A stretch of DNA of 63,902 nucleotides, filler included. It is 11 parts of 11 records of this genome, joined end to end, with 100 filler letters (N's around TTAATTAATTAA, not from the genome) between each part and the next. Parts side by side here need not be neighbours in the genome. Positions count along the whole stretch, not along the records: positions 18,278 to 30,084 come from SRR7504441_11133; positions 30,185 to 37,575 come from SRR7504441_11134; 9 more parts are not named here. The stretch is one strand, 5' to 3'. The notes beneath the pieces were generated by a model. The model was not told where the DNA came from and did no database searches. It was given only the letters and a program-made list of their open reading frames with translations. Of the stretch, positions 22,169 to 33,374 are shown one piece after another (the stretch's first letter is position 1; every line of letters begins with the position of its first letter). The position numbers were made by a program, and so were the translations under genes.

Positions 22169-22509
22169 CGCTCAGCTCGCTACGAAGCTCAGACGGTCGT
22201 ACCACGCCCTCGAGCCACCATCCCTAAATTTGGATGTTTGCCGTTGCCGTTGTCGATCGAGCAACGACAGCCTTGCTCGGCGTGCGCCGGTGAGTTCCCA
22301 GTGCCTGTGAGCCCCCTCTCTGCGCGAGCTGTGACGATACCTCTAAATATACCAAGATCTGTTCCGAGTGCCTATCAACCATTCTGAAGACAGAAGCTCC
22401 CCCGAGCTCTCACCCCTCCCCCTTCGCCCCCCCCCCCTCCTCACCCCGCCCGGCCCTGACCGGTTGGCCTGTCTCAGGAAACCGCCGAGCAAGTTGAAGC
22501 TCGCCCAGA

Positions 22510-22872
22510 ATGCCCGCCACCACGGCCGTCCTCGCGTACCAGGCGGCGGTGTTGATCCTGTTCGGGCTGGTTGGTCTCATGTGCTTTCCCCGCGCCGTGC
22601 TCCGCAAAACAGGTCTCAAAGCCGAGCTCGACGACAGGCAATTGCTCATTTACCGGATCTGCGGGCTCTGGGTGGCCACGGCGGGCGTGGTGAGCGGGCT
22701 AGCGGCCACCGCGCTCGCAGAGCCGCCGCATAGAAGCTGGGCATGCTTGTGCTTCGCCGGGGTGCACAGCATCGAAGTCTCGCTCAAGTTGTCAGTCACC
22801 CCAAAGCCATCGCGCGCCGTCGCCAACGGCCACCTTGCGTTGCTGCTACTGATCGCCGCTGCCCTCGGGTGA
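22510..22872 (+). CDS. Small multi-pass membrane protein
   Basis: 120-aa ORF with 3-4 hydrophobic segments, followed by an AT-rich spacer. Confidence 0.55.
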   Translation: MPATTAVLAYQAAVLILFGLVGLMCFPRAVLRKTGLKAELDDRQLLIYRICGLWVATAGVVSGLAATALAEPPHRSWACLCFAGVHSIEVSLKLSVTPKPSRAVANGHLALLLLIAAALG

Positions 22873-23081
22873 CAGGCGGGCGATTGTTGGATGCTAGACT
22901 TATTATTAGAGAACAAAGGTTTGGCGGCTAGATATGCTAGCTAGTGGATTTATGTTATTAAAGCCATCTACGCTTACACAATCTCATCAACTGTTAGCAT
23001 TCTGCGAGCTGCACGGGTTTCTGACACGAGACTGCACCTCGACGGCATCGTTGGCCGATCCAATTCAGCCCGTGTCCGTCT

Positions 23082-23816
23082 CTAAGGCTCACGAGCTTGA
23101 CGTTGCAACTCAGCCTCGGCTTCCTTCACGCCACCAAAGAAATTCTTCTGCAGCTCTTCGGGCTGGATGGCTGCCTCCACGGCTTGCAGAGACCCGCGGC
23201 TAAGCGACTTGAGTGCGGTCCTCACGCCTCTTCCGGAGAACTCGAAATTCTGGGTGTTGCCATCCCGCATCCCCAGCGCCCCGCCCTCACTGTAAGCGTC
23301 TTGATTGGCTCCCAGGAAAACAAAGCTCCAGCCGTGCTCCTTCTCCCTCCTCGCCACCTCCTCAAACACGCTCTTTCGGTCGTGCCGCCGCGACGCATTC
23401 TCGGCCCCGTCTGAAACCACCACCATGACCACGCGGTCGGCCACCGCGCTCTCACTGCCGTGCTGCATCATGGCCATCATCGCGTCGTACAAGGGCGTGG
23501 CCCCGCGCGGCTGGAAAGCGGCCGGGCTGAGCTGCGGGATGGACGAGGCGTTGGCCGCGTCGTGGATGAGCTCGAACGGGTTTTGGGCATCAAACTGGGC
23601 TAGAGTTACCCGGTGGCTGTCCGGCTGTTGTCGCAGGTCGGCCAGATATTGATTGAACCCTCCGACCACGTCGTCCCGGATAGCACTCATCGAGCCGGAT
23701 CGGTCGAGCAGCATCAGCGTGTGAAGCGTGTCCAGCGGGCGGACCGCAGGCTCGATGGCGGCACAGCCTGCCAGGGCGACCACAGCGACGGGTATGAGAA
23801 GCTTGAGCGGCTGCAT
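23082..23816 (-). CDS. Single-domain von Willebrand factor A protein with signal peptide; intronless
   Basis: MIDAS motif LLDRSGSM, TPLYDA, VVSDGAENAS, FVFLGANQDA; N-terminus MQPLKLLIPVAVVALAGC. Confidence 0.88.
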   Translation of the reverse strand: MQPLKLLIPVAVVALAGCAAIEPAVRPLDTLHTLMLLDRSGSMSAIRDDVVGGFNQYLADLRQQPDSHRVTLAQFDAQNPFELIHDAANASSIPQLSPAAFQPRGATPLYDAMMAMMQHGSESAVADRVVMVVVSDGAENASRRHDRKSVFEEVARREKEHGWSFVFLGANQDAYSEGGALGMRDGNTQNFEFSGRGVRTALKSLSRGSLQAVEAAIQPEELQKNFFGGVKEAEAELQRQAREP

Positions 23817-24143
23817 GCTGCTGGTAGTCGCGATTACAGCGGGCGGCTGGCTCTGACATCACCGCAACCGCAGGCTGTGACATCACCTCCAGTTGTGGCA
23901 ACGGAAAGATGCCTTGGCGCGGCCATCCTGCCATGCATGGGGTTGCTCGACGCTACAGTAGCTCGACGCTAGCTCGTGCTAATGGAAATGTGTGTACTTT
24001 CCTTAGCCAATCGGTTCATGCTAATGTAATTGTCTCACACTCTACACAATTGTTACGTGATTGTTAAAACTTTCAAGTTGCGAGCTGCATGGCATCGCCA
24101 GGCACCGCCCTGCCACATGCACATGATACACTCGTGTGCCTTA

Positions 24144-25303
24144 TCAGAGCCGGGCGCGGAGCTTGTCGAGCCGTTGGAGGAAGCCGGTCACCTCTGCCGC
24201 GACCTGGTCCTGCGCCAACAGAAACCCGTCGTGCCCCTCCGGCGAGTCGATAAGAGTTAGCGTGCAGTTGGGCAGCCACTGCGCCAGCTCCTGCTGCTCG
24301 GATACCGGGTACAGCACGTCCGACGAGATTCCGACCACGTGCACGGGGATCTTTATCGCCTGCAACGCCGCCTGCCAGCCGCCGCGCCCCCGGCCGAGAT
24401 CATGGGAGTCCATCTGCTCCGTGATGCTCTTATAGCTGAGCGGGTCCATCCTGGAGAGGAATTTAAATCCCTGGTACTCTAGGTATCGCTTAGCCTCCCA
24501 GTGCCCGTGCCCAGGCCCAACCGCTGTCACAGTCGGCACCACCGCCTTGCTCGGACCGTCCGGGGCTATCTTACGCCCAAACTTGTCATTGTAGGCTGCC
24601 GCCGTCCGGTACGAGACCATCGCAATCATACGGGCCAGCGACAGCCCAGCGGTCGGCGGGTTGGCCGGGTCGAATCTGCCATTATTCCAGTTTGGGTCCA
24701 TGTACAGCGCTTGCCTCTGCAGCTCGGATACGGCGATCTGCCCACAGGCTCACTGCTGCGGGCCGGGCGAGCTACCTGCCAGGCGTGGTGGTAGGCCCCA
24801 CAGGCCAGTGGGAGCGCCGCCCGGACCAGATCAGGCATACAAGCCCACTCCAGCGTCTGCATCCCGCCCAGCGAGCCCCCGATCGCACAATGCACCGCCG
24901 TCGCGCCCAACCCGTACTCGACCGCCGCCCGGTGCGCCCGGACCGTGTCGCGGACGGTGAGCAACGGAAAGTCCGCCCCGTATTGCTCGCCGGTGTCGGG
25001 GTTGACTGAGGTGGGCCCAGTGGAGCCGTAGCATGAGCCTAGGATGTTGGCGCAGAACACCAGGTACTTGTCCGTGTCGAACGGCTTGCCCGGGCCGAGC
25101 AGCCCGCCCCACCAGGAAGCCAGGTCGGCGTTGCCGGTCAGCGCGTGGCAAACCACCAGCACGTTGTCCTTGCTGGCGTTCAGCTCGCCCCACGTGCAGT
25201 AGCGCACCGCCAGCCGGCGAAGGACTCTCCCGGACTCCAGTCGGAACTCCGGGATCTCGTGCGTCAGGCCCTCTGAGCTCATCTCCCCGTACTCGTCCTC
25301 CAT
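24144..25303 (-). CDS. MET2: Homoserine O-acetyltransferase (MetX/MET2 family); 1 intron (24738-24775)
   Basis: CHALTG, NILGSCYGSTGP, nucleophile elbow GGSLGGMQ, SSDVLYP, GHDGFL. Confidence 0.93.
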
Positions 25304-25383
25304 GGTCCAACCTGTCTGGTGGGCGGGCGGGCGCAGTCTGTCGGTTGGCGCTGACTGCAGTCGCGACTTTTGGGCTCCAGCAA

Positions 25384-26592
25384 ATGCGCCGACGCGTTGC
25401 GGCGTTGTGGCTGCTGCGGCTGTGCTGGGGGCACTACTCGGTGCCTCTGCCGGGCGGCCAGACCGTCCTGGTGCCCAAGGTGCTGTACGGCACCGCCTGG
25501 AAGCGAGAACGGACCGAGCGGCTTGCCCGGACGGCACTGGATCTCGGGCACACCGGGCTGGACAGCTGCAACCAGCCCAAGCACTACAACGAGACCGGGG
25601 TGGGGGCCGCGCTGACGGCCTGGACGGGCGACCGGGCCACGCTCTTCGTGCAGACCAAATTCTCGATCAACCACGAGGGGAGCGAGTGGCCGTACGATCG
25701 GCGGGCGGGCCGGGCGGAGCAAGTGGCCCAGTCCTGGCGGGGCACGCTGGACCACCTGGGCGGGCCTCCGGACGCGCTGCTGGTGCACTCGCCGTTCGGG
25801 TGGGGGGCGGAGGACGGGCTTGTGGCGGATGACTGGGCGGTCTGGGGGGCGGTGGCAGAGCTGCAGCGGCGAGGGGAGGTCCGGATGATCGGGGTATCCA
25901 ACTTCAACCCGAGGCAGCTGCGGCAGCTGCTCGAGAGGGACGGAGCGGCCAGGCCGCAGTTTGTGCAGAACCGTTGCCGCGCCAGGGTCGATCGTTGGGA
26001 TAGCAGTGTCCGTAAGCTGTGCAAGGAGCACGGGGTGATCTATCAGGCGTTCGGACTGATTTCCAACAACCGGCCGTTGCTTCGGAGCGGTCCGGTGCTC
26101 CGGGCGGCGGCTGCGCACCGGGTGACGCCTGCGATGGTGCTGCTGCGGTTCGGCCTCGAGCTCGGTGCGATGGTGCTATCGGGAACGCAGAACAGCACCC
26201 GGATGCAAGACGACCTGGCGTTGGAGGAGTTTGCACTGAGCGAATCCGAGCTGCAGGCAATCCTGCAGGTCGACACGCGCTTTGACGATTCGACCAGAGT
26301 TCAGGCCGAGTTCGTGAACGGCGGCAGCGTTGAGCTCGAGGTGCTCTGGAGGGACCATAACGGACTTTTAGTCCCCAACGGCAGGATTGGGGCGCCCCGG
26401 AGCGGGTGGGGCGCCCCGCAGGACGGCCCGGCGGCCCGGCTGCGTGTGTCTTCGTACCACTCGCACGAGTTTGTGGTGAGGGAAGTCGGGAGTGGGCGAG
26501 TGCTGAAGGAGCTCGTGCTGGATGCAGCCAAAGGGCTCGAGCAACAAGTGCTGCTAGATGGCCGGCAGCCACACGCCGCTGCCGAACTGTAG
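25384..26592 (+). CDS. Aldo/keto reductase with signal peptide and C-terminal VHL-beta-like domain
   Basis: YGTAW...DSCNQPKHYNETGVG...LFVQTKF...LLVHSP...IGVSNF...VQNR; tail AEFVNGGSVELEVLWRDHNG...SSYHSHEFVVRE. Confidence 0.82.
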   Translation: MRRRVAALWLLRLCWGHYSVPLPGGQTVLVPKVLYGTAWKRERTERLARTALDLGHTGLDSCNQPKHYNETGVGAALTAWTGDRATLFVQTKFSINHEGSEWPYDRRAGRAEQVAQSWRGTLDHLGGPPDALLVHSPFGWGAEDGLVADDWAVWGAVAELQRRGEVRMIGVSNFNPRQLRQLLERDGAARPQFVQNRCRARVDRWDSSVRKLCKEHGVIYQAFGLISNNRPLLRSGPVLRAAAAHRVTPAMVLLRFGLELGAMVLSGTQNSTRMQDDLALEEFALSESELQAILQVDTRFDDSTRVQAEFVNGGSVELEVLWRDHNGLLVPNGRIGAPRSGWGAPQDGPAARLRVSSYHSHEFVVREVGSGRVLKELVLDAAKGLEQQVLLDGRQPHAAAEL

Positions 26593-26749
26593 CCGAGCAG
26601 ACGTGTCTATGGCCTTATCGATGGCCTCGTTTCTTACTCGTCTCTGGCAAGTATCCGTGGGTGTGGCGTTGCTCGCATTGGTTTCATAATTATAGTGTAT
26701 AGTACTTATTTAAATAAATGCAACCCGACTCGCCGAGACTCGCACCGGT

Positions 26750-27624
26750 TCAAAACTCTCGGCCGTTCAGATTGCCGCCCAGCGACACTTGACCCTCGTA
26801 CGCAGTGAGCGCAGTCACGGTGTCGGTATCCTTCACCAGCTGGCCCTTCCGGGCATCAAACTGGGTATGTTTGCCCTCGATCGTGTCCGAGCTGTCGAAA
26901 TCGAAGATCATCGCCTTGACCTTCTGGAAAATCATCTGCACGGGCAGCTCCAGCAACTGCCCCCCCTCACTCAACACAACACGTGCCACAGCTCACCGGG
27001 TGCTCGCTGCATTTTGCCTTAAATTCCGCAAAAGTGACTCTATTCCGAGTATCTGGCTGCTTGAATATCTGCCGAAGTCGGTCCTTGGGGAATCGGAGCG
27101 CGCTGTTGGCATCATTCAAGTGCTCGTGCAGCTCATCCAAGTCGAGTGTATGCGACCCATCCGCGTCATAAATAGAGAATGTCCACCTAAACGGCCGTTA
27201 GCTCGCTAACTGCCACCAGGCGCAGGCACGAGATCCGGTGGTCGTCGTCATACGTGTCCACCTTGGCCATCACCTCGGCGAACTCGGCGATGTCTACATC
27301 GCCTGCAGACCCACTGCCCTTCTGAGCCCGACCCCGGCGCACCGCTGGTGTCGGCGTCGCAGCTGCGGAACAGCGCCTGGGCTATTTTGGAGTTCTGCCG
27401 GGCGGCTCAGCCCTGGGGCGGCTGGGGGGGGGCGCCTGTAGGTCGAGGACGTGGAGGAACTCGGTATAGTCGAGCATTTTGTTGCCGTCGCCGTCGGCCC
27501 GGACCCATGCTTGCTCTATCTTGGTGGTGACAGAGCTGGACAGCTTGTACCTCCGGCTCACCTGGTTAAGCTGCTCCTGCTGCTCCGGGGCCAGCGTCGA
27601 ACTGTGCCCGCAGCAGCACCCCAT
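26750..27624 (-). CDS. Acylated EF-hand calcium sensor (calcineurin-B/NCS-like); 4 introns (first, 27395-27435, is GC-AG)
   Basis: MGCCCG myristoylation/palmitoylation motif; EF loops DGDGNKMLDYTE, DADTSGDVDIAE and DADGSHTLDLDE. Confidence 0.85.
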
Positions 27625-27684
27625 CGAGCTCCCTGTCCTAATCCGGCCTTCACTGGTTTTAACGGAATTGCCGTTATTTGGACA

Positions 27685-29402
27685 ATGGCTGCAGCGAGGT
27701 ATTTGGCCAGGGTTAGGGCGCCATGCTGTGGCTTGGCCGATGACTTGACTGGCCGGTGCAGCGAGGACGAGAAGCGGCGGAAGGCCGAGCACCCGCAGTG
27801 CTCACTCTCGGAGGCCATCGAAATAGCGGCCGAGCTGTTCGGTCTGGAGGCCTCCCCTGACCCGGAATACCCCGAGTACGATCAAGGCGCCCCCAGGCCC
27901 GGGGCCCAGCGAGCCGGGGCCAGAGGGCGAGCCGCGCAAGCCGAACGTGTACGAGCTGGACTCGTACGACGACCGGAACTTCCACGTCCGAGGCTGGCTG
28001 CACGACGGGCAACAGGAAGGCCGGTACACGCTCAAGGCAGGCTGCAGCCCGGGGGGCGGCCAGCGGCGGGGCAGGTGCACAACGGGGTGGAGTCGGACGA
28101 CCCTGGGATCCTGGAGGCCCAGAACGCCCTGCTCGAGCATCTGGCCCGTCATGGGGTCTGCTGTCCCACGCCGCTGGTAGCTCGGCCGGTCTGCCCCGCA
28201 CTGAGCCCCGACGCCAGACGCCGCTGCCGGAGGAGAAAGAGTACTGGGAGGACGAGCAGCAGGGGAACGTGCCGCACCGCCAGAAGCCGCAGGCCAAAGT
28301 CCGTTGGCGCGAGCTCGGGCTCCAAGGGCCGCAGGGCCTCACGTTCAAGGCCCACGCGGTGCCGCAGGCGTCGGTGGAGGTCTCACCATGGTCGCAGGTT
28401 CGGCTGCTCACTTGGGTCGAAGGCACACCGATGTCGGCCGTCCGCTCCCCGCCAAAGGAGCTCTATCACAAGGCCGGTGCCGGGCTGGGCTGGGCTGCGG
28501 GGCGGAGAGTGACTGCAGGTCAATACCTCGCTCGTGTGACTCGAGCTTTAGAGGAGTTTGACCACCCAGCCGCCCACCGGACTCACTCGTGCGGCCCCGG
28601 GGAGCGCTATCGGACCGGGGGTAGGTGGGATCTACTCAACACGTGCTCGCTGCGAGAGTTCATCGATACTTGTCTCGATCCCGAGAAGAGCGAGCTGATT
28701 CACGCCGTTGTTGACAGCTTTGAACGGCAGAGCAGCTTCCAGGCAGCTGGCCGGGCCTGGCCCAGCCAGCGGGCGGCAGGAGCGGGTGCCGTGGCAAGTG
28801 TTGCACGCGGACTTCAATAATGCTAACTTAATCCTTAGCTGCGAGGACGAATACGACCCGAGAGCGACCTGGGAGATCACAGGGGTGGTGGATGTTGGGG
28901 ACATGGTGTACAGCTGCAGGGTGAACGACTTGGCTATAGGGATCGCCTACATGCTGGTCGCGTGCATCACAGACAACAAAGAGAACCCGATCAAAGGGTG
29001 CTTGCAGGCCTCTGCCTGCTCTCAGCAACCGGCAGGATTCAGCCGCTGGAGCCACTGCAGGCGGCTGCGGCATTCTATGCTGGATACGCGGCTAAAGTGC
29101 CGCTCACATCAACGGAAAAGTCGGTGCTGCATACGCTGGTCGGCTGTCGGCTGGCCATATCGTTCACGTATGGCATGTTCTCGTACGCGCAAGACCCATC
29201 CAATGAGTATCCATCCAATGACAGCCGGGGCTGATCCCTGGGGCAGGTACTTGTTGCTGCACGCAGTCCCTGCCTGGGATGCCTTGTGCTTGTGGTGGGG
29301 AGCCGACCAGGACGTGCCCGCCCGCGGCGGGCCGGTGCTCAGGCGGTTGGCCAGATTGAGAAGATCCTTGCTGCTGAGTTGGTCAAGACCGCGTACCGCT
29401 GA
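27685..29402 (+). CDS. HYKK: Hydroxylysine kinase / aminoglycoside phosphotransferase-fold kinase; ~11 introns (3 GC-AG)
   Basis: ELDSYDDRNF, LKVHN, VRLLTWVEG, HSWDL, LHADFNNANL, GVVDVGD, QDPSNEYLLLH. Confidence 0.85.
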
Positions 29403-29422
29403 TTAGTTAGTTAGTTAGTTAG
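29403..29422 (+). repeat. (TTAG)5 microsatellite immediately after the HYKK stop codon
   Basis: Five consecutive TTAG units read directly from the sequence. Confidence 0.9.
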
Positions 29423-30207
29423 TATCATGTAATCGATCTCCTCAAGTCCGGAGCTAAAAGGGCCGAACTTGATCTTGCAAGATCTTGTGAAGTTAAACAT
29501 CATTTTTTCACCTGAAATTCGAGTGTACACCGGTGTACACTGGTGGCAGTGTAATAAAGCGATATTATCGATATCTATCGTGCCTCGACTTAATTCCATT
29601 CCGCTATCAAAGAGAGCTCGAGAAGTCCCGGGAAAGTTTTCATGAAAAGACTTCGACTTCCGTTGATGAACCCGCACCCCTTCGGGTAACTGCCACCCGC
29701 GTAACTGGCGGCTCAGCGGGAATGGCCGGAGTTGACATGTCACCCGACGAAGCCTTTTTCACGAAGCCGCAGCCAAGATTGAAGCAGCGTTCAAGGCCAA
29801 CGCCGCAAAGGTCGGGTACACCGAAGGCGTCCGGTGCAGCCTGATCGAGGCGGACAAGCTGGAGGAGGTCTGGTCCACCCAACTTGAGGGGGCAGGCGGG
29901 ATGCTGGAGGGTATTGTGATAGCCAAGGCCCGATCGTTCAAGGAGACCCCGAAGAGCCTCAGCCCTGACACCCTGGATGCTGCAACCTGATGTGCTGCTA
30001 CATGTGCCCATACATGTGCTGCTGCAGCGGGACGATGGCTGTCCAGGGCGCCGTCCCGGGTTACACATGAATAATTATTTGCATNNNNNNNNNNNNNNNN
30101 NNNNNNNNNNNNNNNNNNNNNNNNNNNNTTAATTAATTAANNNNNNNNNNNNNNNNNNNNNNNNNNNNNNNNNNNNNNNNNNNNCGGCCACGCACACGTG
30201 TCACGAC

Positions 30208-33200
30208 ATGACTTCGCGCCGGCTGGCTAACAGGGCAGCATACCAGCAGGCCATCAGCCAGTTTAGCGGCTCACAGCCGGCTGCCGAGAGCAGTAGGTCG
30301 CTTTGGGCCGAGCAAGGCGGTCTCAAGGTCGTGCTACGAGTCAGACCGCTGTTCGAGGCCGAGCGAATCTCGGGCGACTTTGAAGTGCTGAGCCGAGCGG
30401 GCGGGCTGGTCGGGGTGTCAGAGGAGACGGCGTGGGTGCACCAGGTGGCGGGCGGCGGTGCGGCCAGCCGAGCGTGCGGCAGTGCGGTGTGCGGCTGGAC
30501 GCCAAGAGCATGTACATTGAGCACCACGGCTACCCATTCAACCGCGTGCTCGATCAGGTCTGATGGCCCTGCCAGCCGGCGAGCGGGAGCAGGATATGAG
30601 CACCGAGCGACTGTATGCCGACGCAGTGAAGCCGCTGGTGGAGCGTGCTGCCGCCGGTGCGGATGGCTGTGTGATTATGTTCGGCCAGGCAAGTTGTTTG
30701 GCTTGCTGATGCCCTAATCTCTAATTGTTGAACTAATTGTTGAATTGCAGACGGGTAGCGGCAAAACCCACACTACAGACGGTATGTAATAATGCACCAG
30801 GGTGAGAGGTCGTGAGTAGGCCGGGCAGGCCTGCTCCGGTTGGTGGCAGCAGAGCTATTCGCGGGCGGTCAGCCGCGCGTGCTGTCGGTTAGCTGCATGC
30901 AGGCCCGTCTAGGCCTTAACCCTGGTGCGAGCTCGGGATCAGGTGATGGGAGACCAACTGACTGATCTTTCGAGCACCGCACAGCCGGCTCCCGAGCTCG
31001 CTATTAGAGAGGACCAGAACAAGGTCGGGCGGGTGGTGGGCGCCCAGGCCATCCCAGCTGACTGCCCGGAACAGCTGGTGCCGCCCGCCTGATTGGGCGA
31101 TACTCACTCATCGGGCAGGTGGCGATCGTAGAAGCGGCTGCCGGCCGAAGGGACAGCTGGGCAACCGGTTAGGGCTCGGAGCGACAGGCTCAAGCCTGCG
31201 CTGCAGGTGTGCACACGGCACTCGAGAAAGATAGCGCCTCCTCACGCTCACATGCCTTGTACTCTATTCAGGCACCCCTGTCGCACGCTTGCAATTCAGC
31301 TGTTGGCGAATGTCAGATGGAAACTGGGGGCTCGTTGGTACTAGTAGACCTGGCGGGGAGCGAATGGGCCAAGGACCAGGCACACTTGCTGATGTGATGG
31401 AACGGATCGCTGAGTCGAGATGGTGCAGGGCTCACACGACAAGACTCGGCGGGAGGAGGCCAAAGCAATCAACGGGTCGTTGGCGGCTCTCAAACGATGC
31501 ATTGAGGCCCGTCTCACGCTCGACCACACCCCAGGCCATCCAGCAATTTGGGCGCCGGTGCGGGAATCGAAGCTCACCAGACTGCTTGCTCCCTCGTTGC
31601 TGGGCGAGGCTGGTCAATGCCTGCTAGTAGCGACTGCTGCGCCCGGGGCGGTGACGGGTTCATGGGCTGCATGGGTTGAGTGGCAGAGCGTAGGTGCATA
31701 CTGAACATGCGATGGATACGCTCAGCCTAACGTGCATTCGGCCAGCTGCCCAGGCAGTCATCTCTTGCCTTAGGATGATGAGCACTGTTGTGCTCAGGGC
31801 ATCGAGCACGAGGCATGGCGCATTGGCGGGTCAAAAGTGGTGACGTCGGCTGTGCCTGGCCAGGTCTTCCAGGCTGCCGGGTCAACAAATTGCCAACTTG
31901 GATTCTGGCAGGCCATTCTAGATTTGCCCGACGGCACAGCTCCCGAGGATCAGATGCAGGCTGTTGCTGGCGAGCCCGAACAGTCAGCCCCACTGAGTGC
32001 CCGACCTGCCCATCCTCGAGACTGGAGCTCTGCCGATTGCTGCGCTTGGTTCGCAGAGGAGGGCGCGCAGGCGGTGGCTGGACTGGCTGAGCAACCGGGG
32101 CCTGCGCCAGTGATGGAGGCACCTGGCTTGTTGGACAAGAATCTAGTGATGCTGTGTTGCCAGGTCAAGATCGGCTGTAAATCGCATGTTGAAGAATTGG
32201 CTGCGTGCTACGAGCCCAATCCCAAGGCCGGCAACCTCGGCTTGGCATTCGAGAAGGACGAACCTGTGGTAATGGCGCACTGGCTTTGGCCGATGATCAA
32301 GTCGTGCAATTGCAGGTGGGTAAGGTGCTGGCTAAGGGTCTGGTGCCGGCTGCGCTCAAACGACATGGCAAATCAATTGGGAAGCTGATACCAGGCGATT
32401 CATCTCACTGCTACAATGGAATTCTTATGCATTATTATGATACTAGTATAGAGATCATTCATGCAAGCTAAGCAGCGGTGGGTTCCGCAGGATCTCGTTT
32501 GGTGGCGGTCCAAGGCGGGTCTCCTGACAGGGCTGAAACAGAGCTGGAGGCGCCCGATGATGGTGGAGTGCTCATCACGCTCAAGAGCGCATTGAAAATA
32601 TTCCGGGAGTCGGTGGCAGCTTGGCAGACGTGGCAATCCGACGTCGATAATCGCCCAAGGGTGACAAGGCTGGCTACCAGGGCTGATGGGCACACAACAG
32701 GCAATGAATGAAGACATGAGGCTGCTCCGGGCATTCGTCACAGGCGAAGCCGTGGTGCTTCTTCCTGATTCCAGAATGACCACGGGCCAGGCCGAGGTGG
32801 CATCTGGTGCAGCGCCAGAGAGTGAGCCAATGCCGGAGGCTCCACCAGATTGGGTGGCTAACACTCCTGATTCCCGTGCCAACAATCTATTATAATGCCT
32901 CCAGTAGTGCCTGAGAAGCCGGCCAAGAGCTGCTGACAGGTGCTAACACTACGCTTTGAGCTGCCGCACATCCAGCGTGTTGGACCTCCCGCTGTGCCCA
33001 AGGTGCTCCTGCATCCTTGTACAAGTAGTGCATTTTTTCCGATTAATTAAGGCGACGCTGGCATGTTTTCATGAAACACGGTCAAGGTGTTCACTGGAGA
33101 GAGCCGAACCGGCGAGCTCTGGACGGGTAAAGAGTTGTGCCAAAAGTATGCGAATGGTGACTCGGGCCGCCGGCGGTTTGTTGTCAGTTGCGATGGCGAC

Positions 33201-33278
33201 TTGGCAGTGGCTGCGTGGCTGTTCAAGCGGCTACAAACAGTCATAGCTAAAGCCGAAGAGCCCGAGATTTTGGACTGA
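30208..33278 (+). CDS. Kinesin motor (kinesin-13/DSK1-like) with C-terminal SAM-like and PDZ-like segments; ~18 introns
   Basis: VVLRVRPL, P-loop FGQTGSGKTHT (split by a GC-AG intron), SSRSHA, LVDLAGSE, INGSLAALKRCI, RESKLTRLL. The 3' exon structure is less certain. Confidence 0.8.
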
Positions 33279-33328
33279 CCAGACACACAATCATGATGCA
33301 GAATGGCGAGCTCGCGCCTCGCGGTTTA

Positions 33329-33374
33329 GGGGGATTAATAAATGGATCATAGAATCATGGGGGATTAATAAATG
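33329..33374 (+). repeat. 16-nt direct repeat GGGGGATTAATAAATG x2
   Basis: Copies at 33329-33344 and 33359-33374, just downstream of the kinesin stop. Confidence 0.85.

Noticed and set aside
18280-22310. Long antisense ORFs (S/C/A-rich) opposite coiled-coil and other genes throughout the window
   Set aside because: Expected shadows of GC-rich, GAG/CAG/AAG-biased coding strands; no domain motifs.
29403-29422. (TTAG)5 as a telomeric seed
   Set aside because: Only 20 nt, internal, and not a G-rich telomere unit; treated as a microsatellite.
29722-29989. Small gene or programmed frameshift at GCCTTTTTCAC
   Set aside because: Needs an indel to join two short frames with no recognisable domain; could be a relic or an assembly error.
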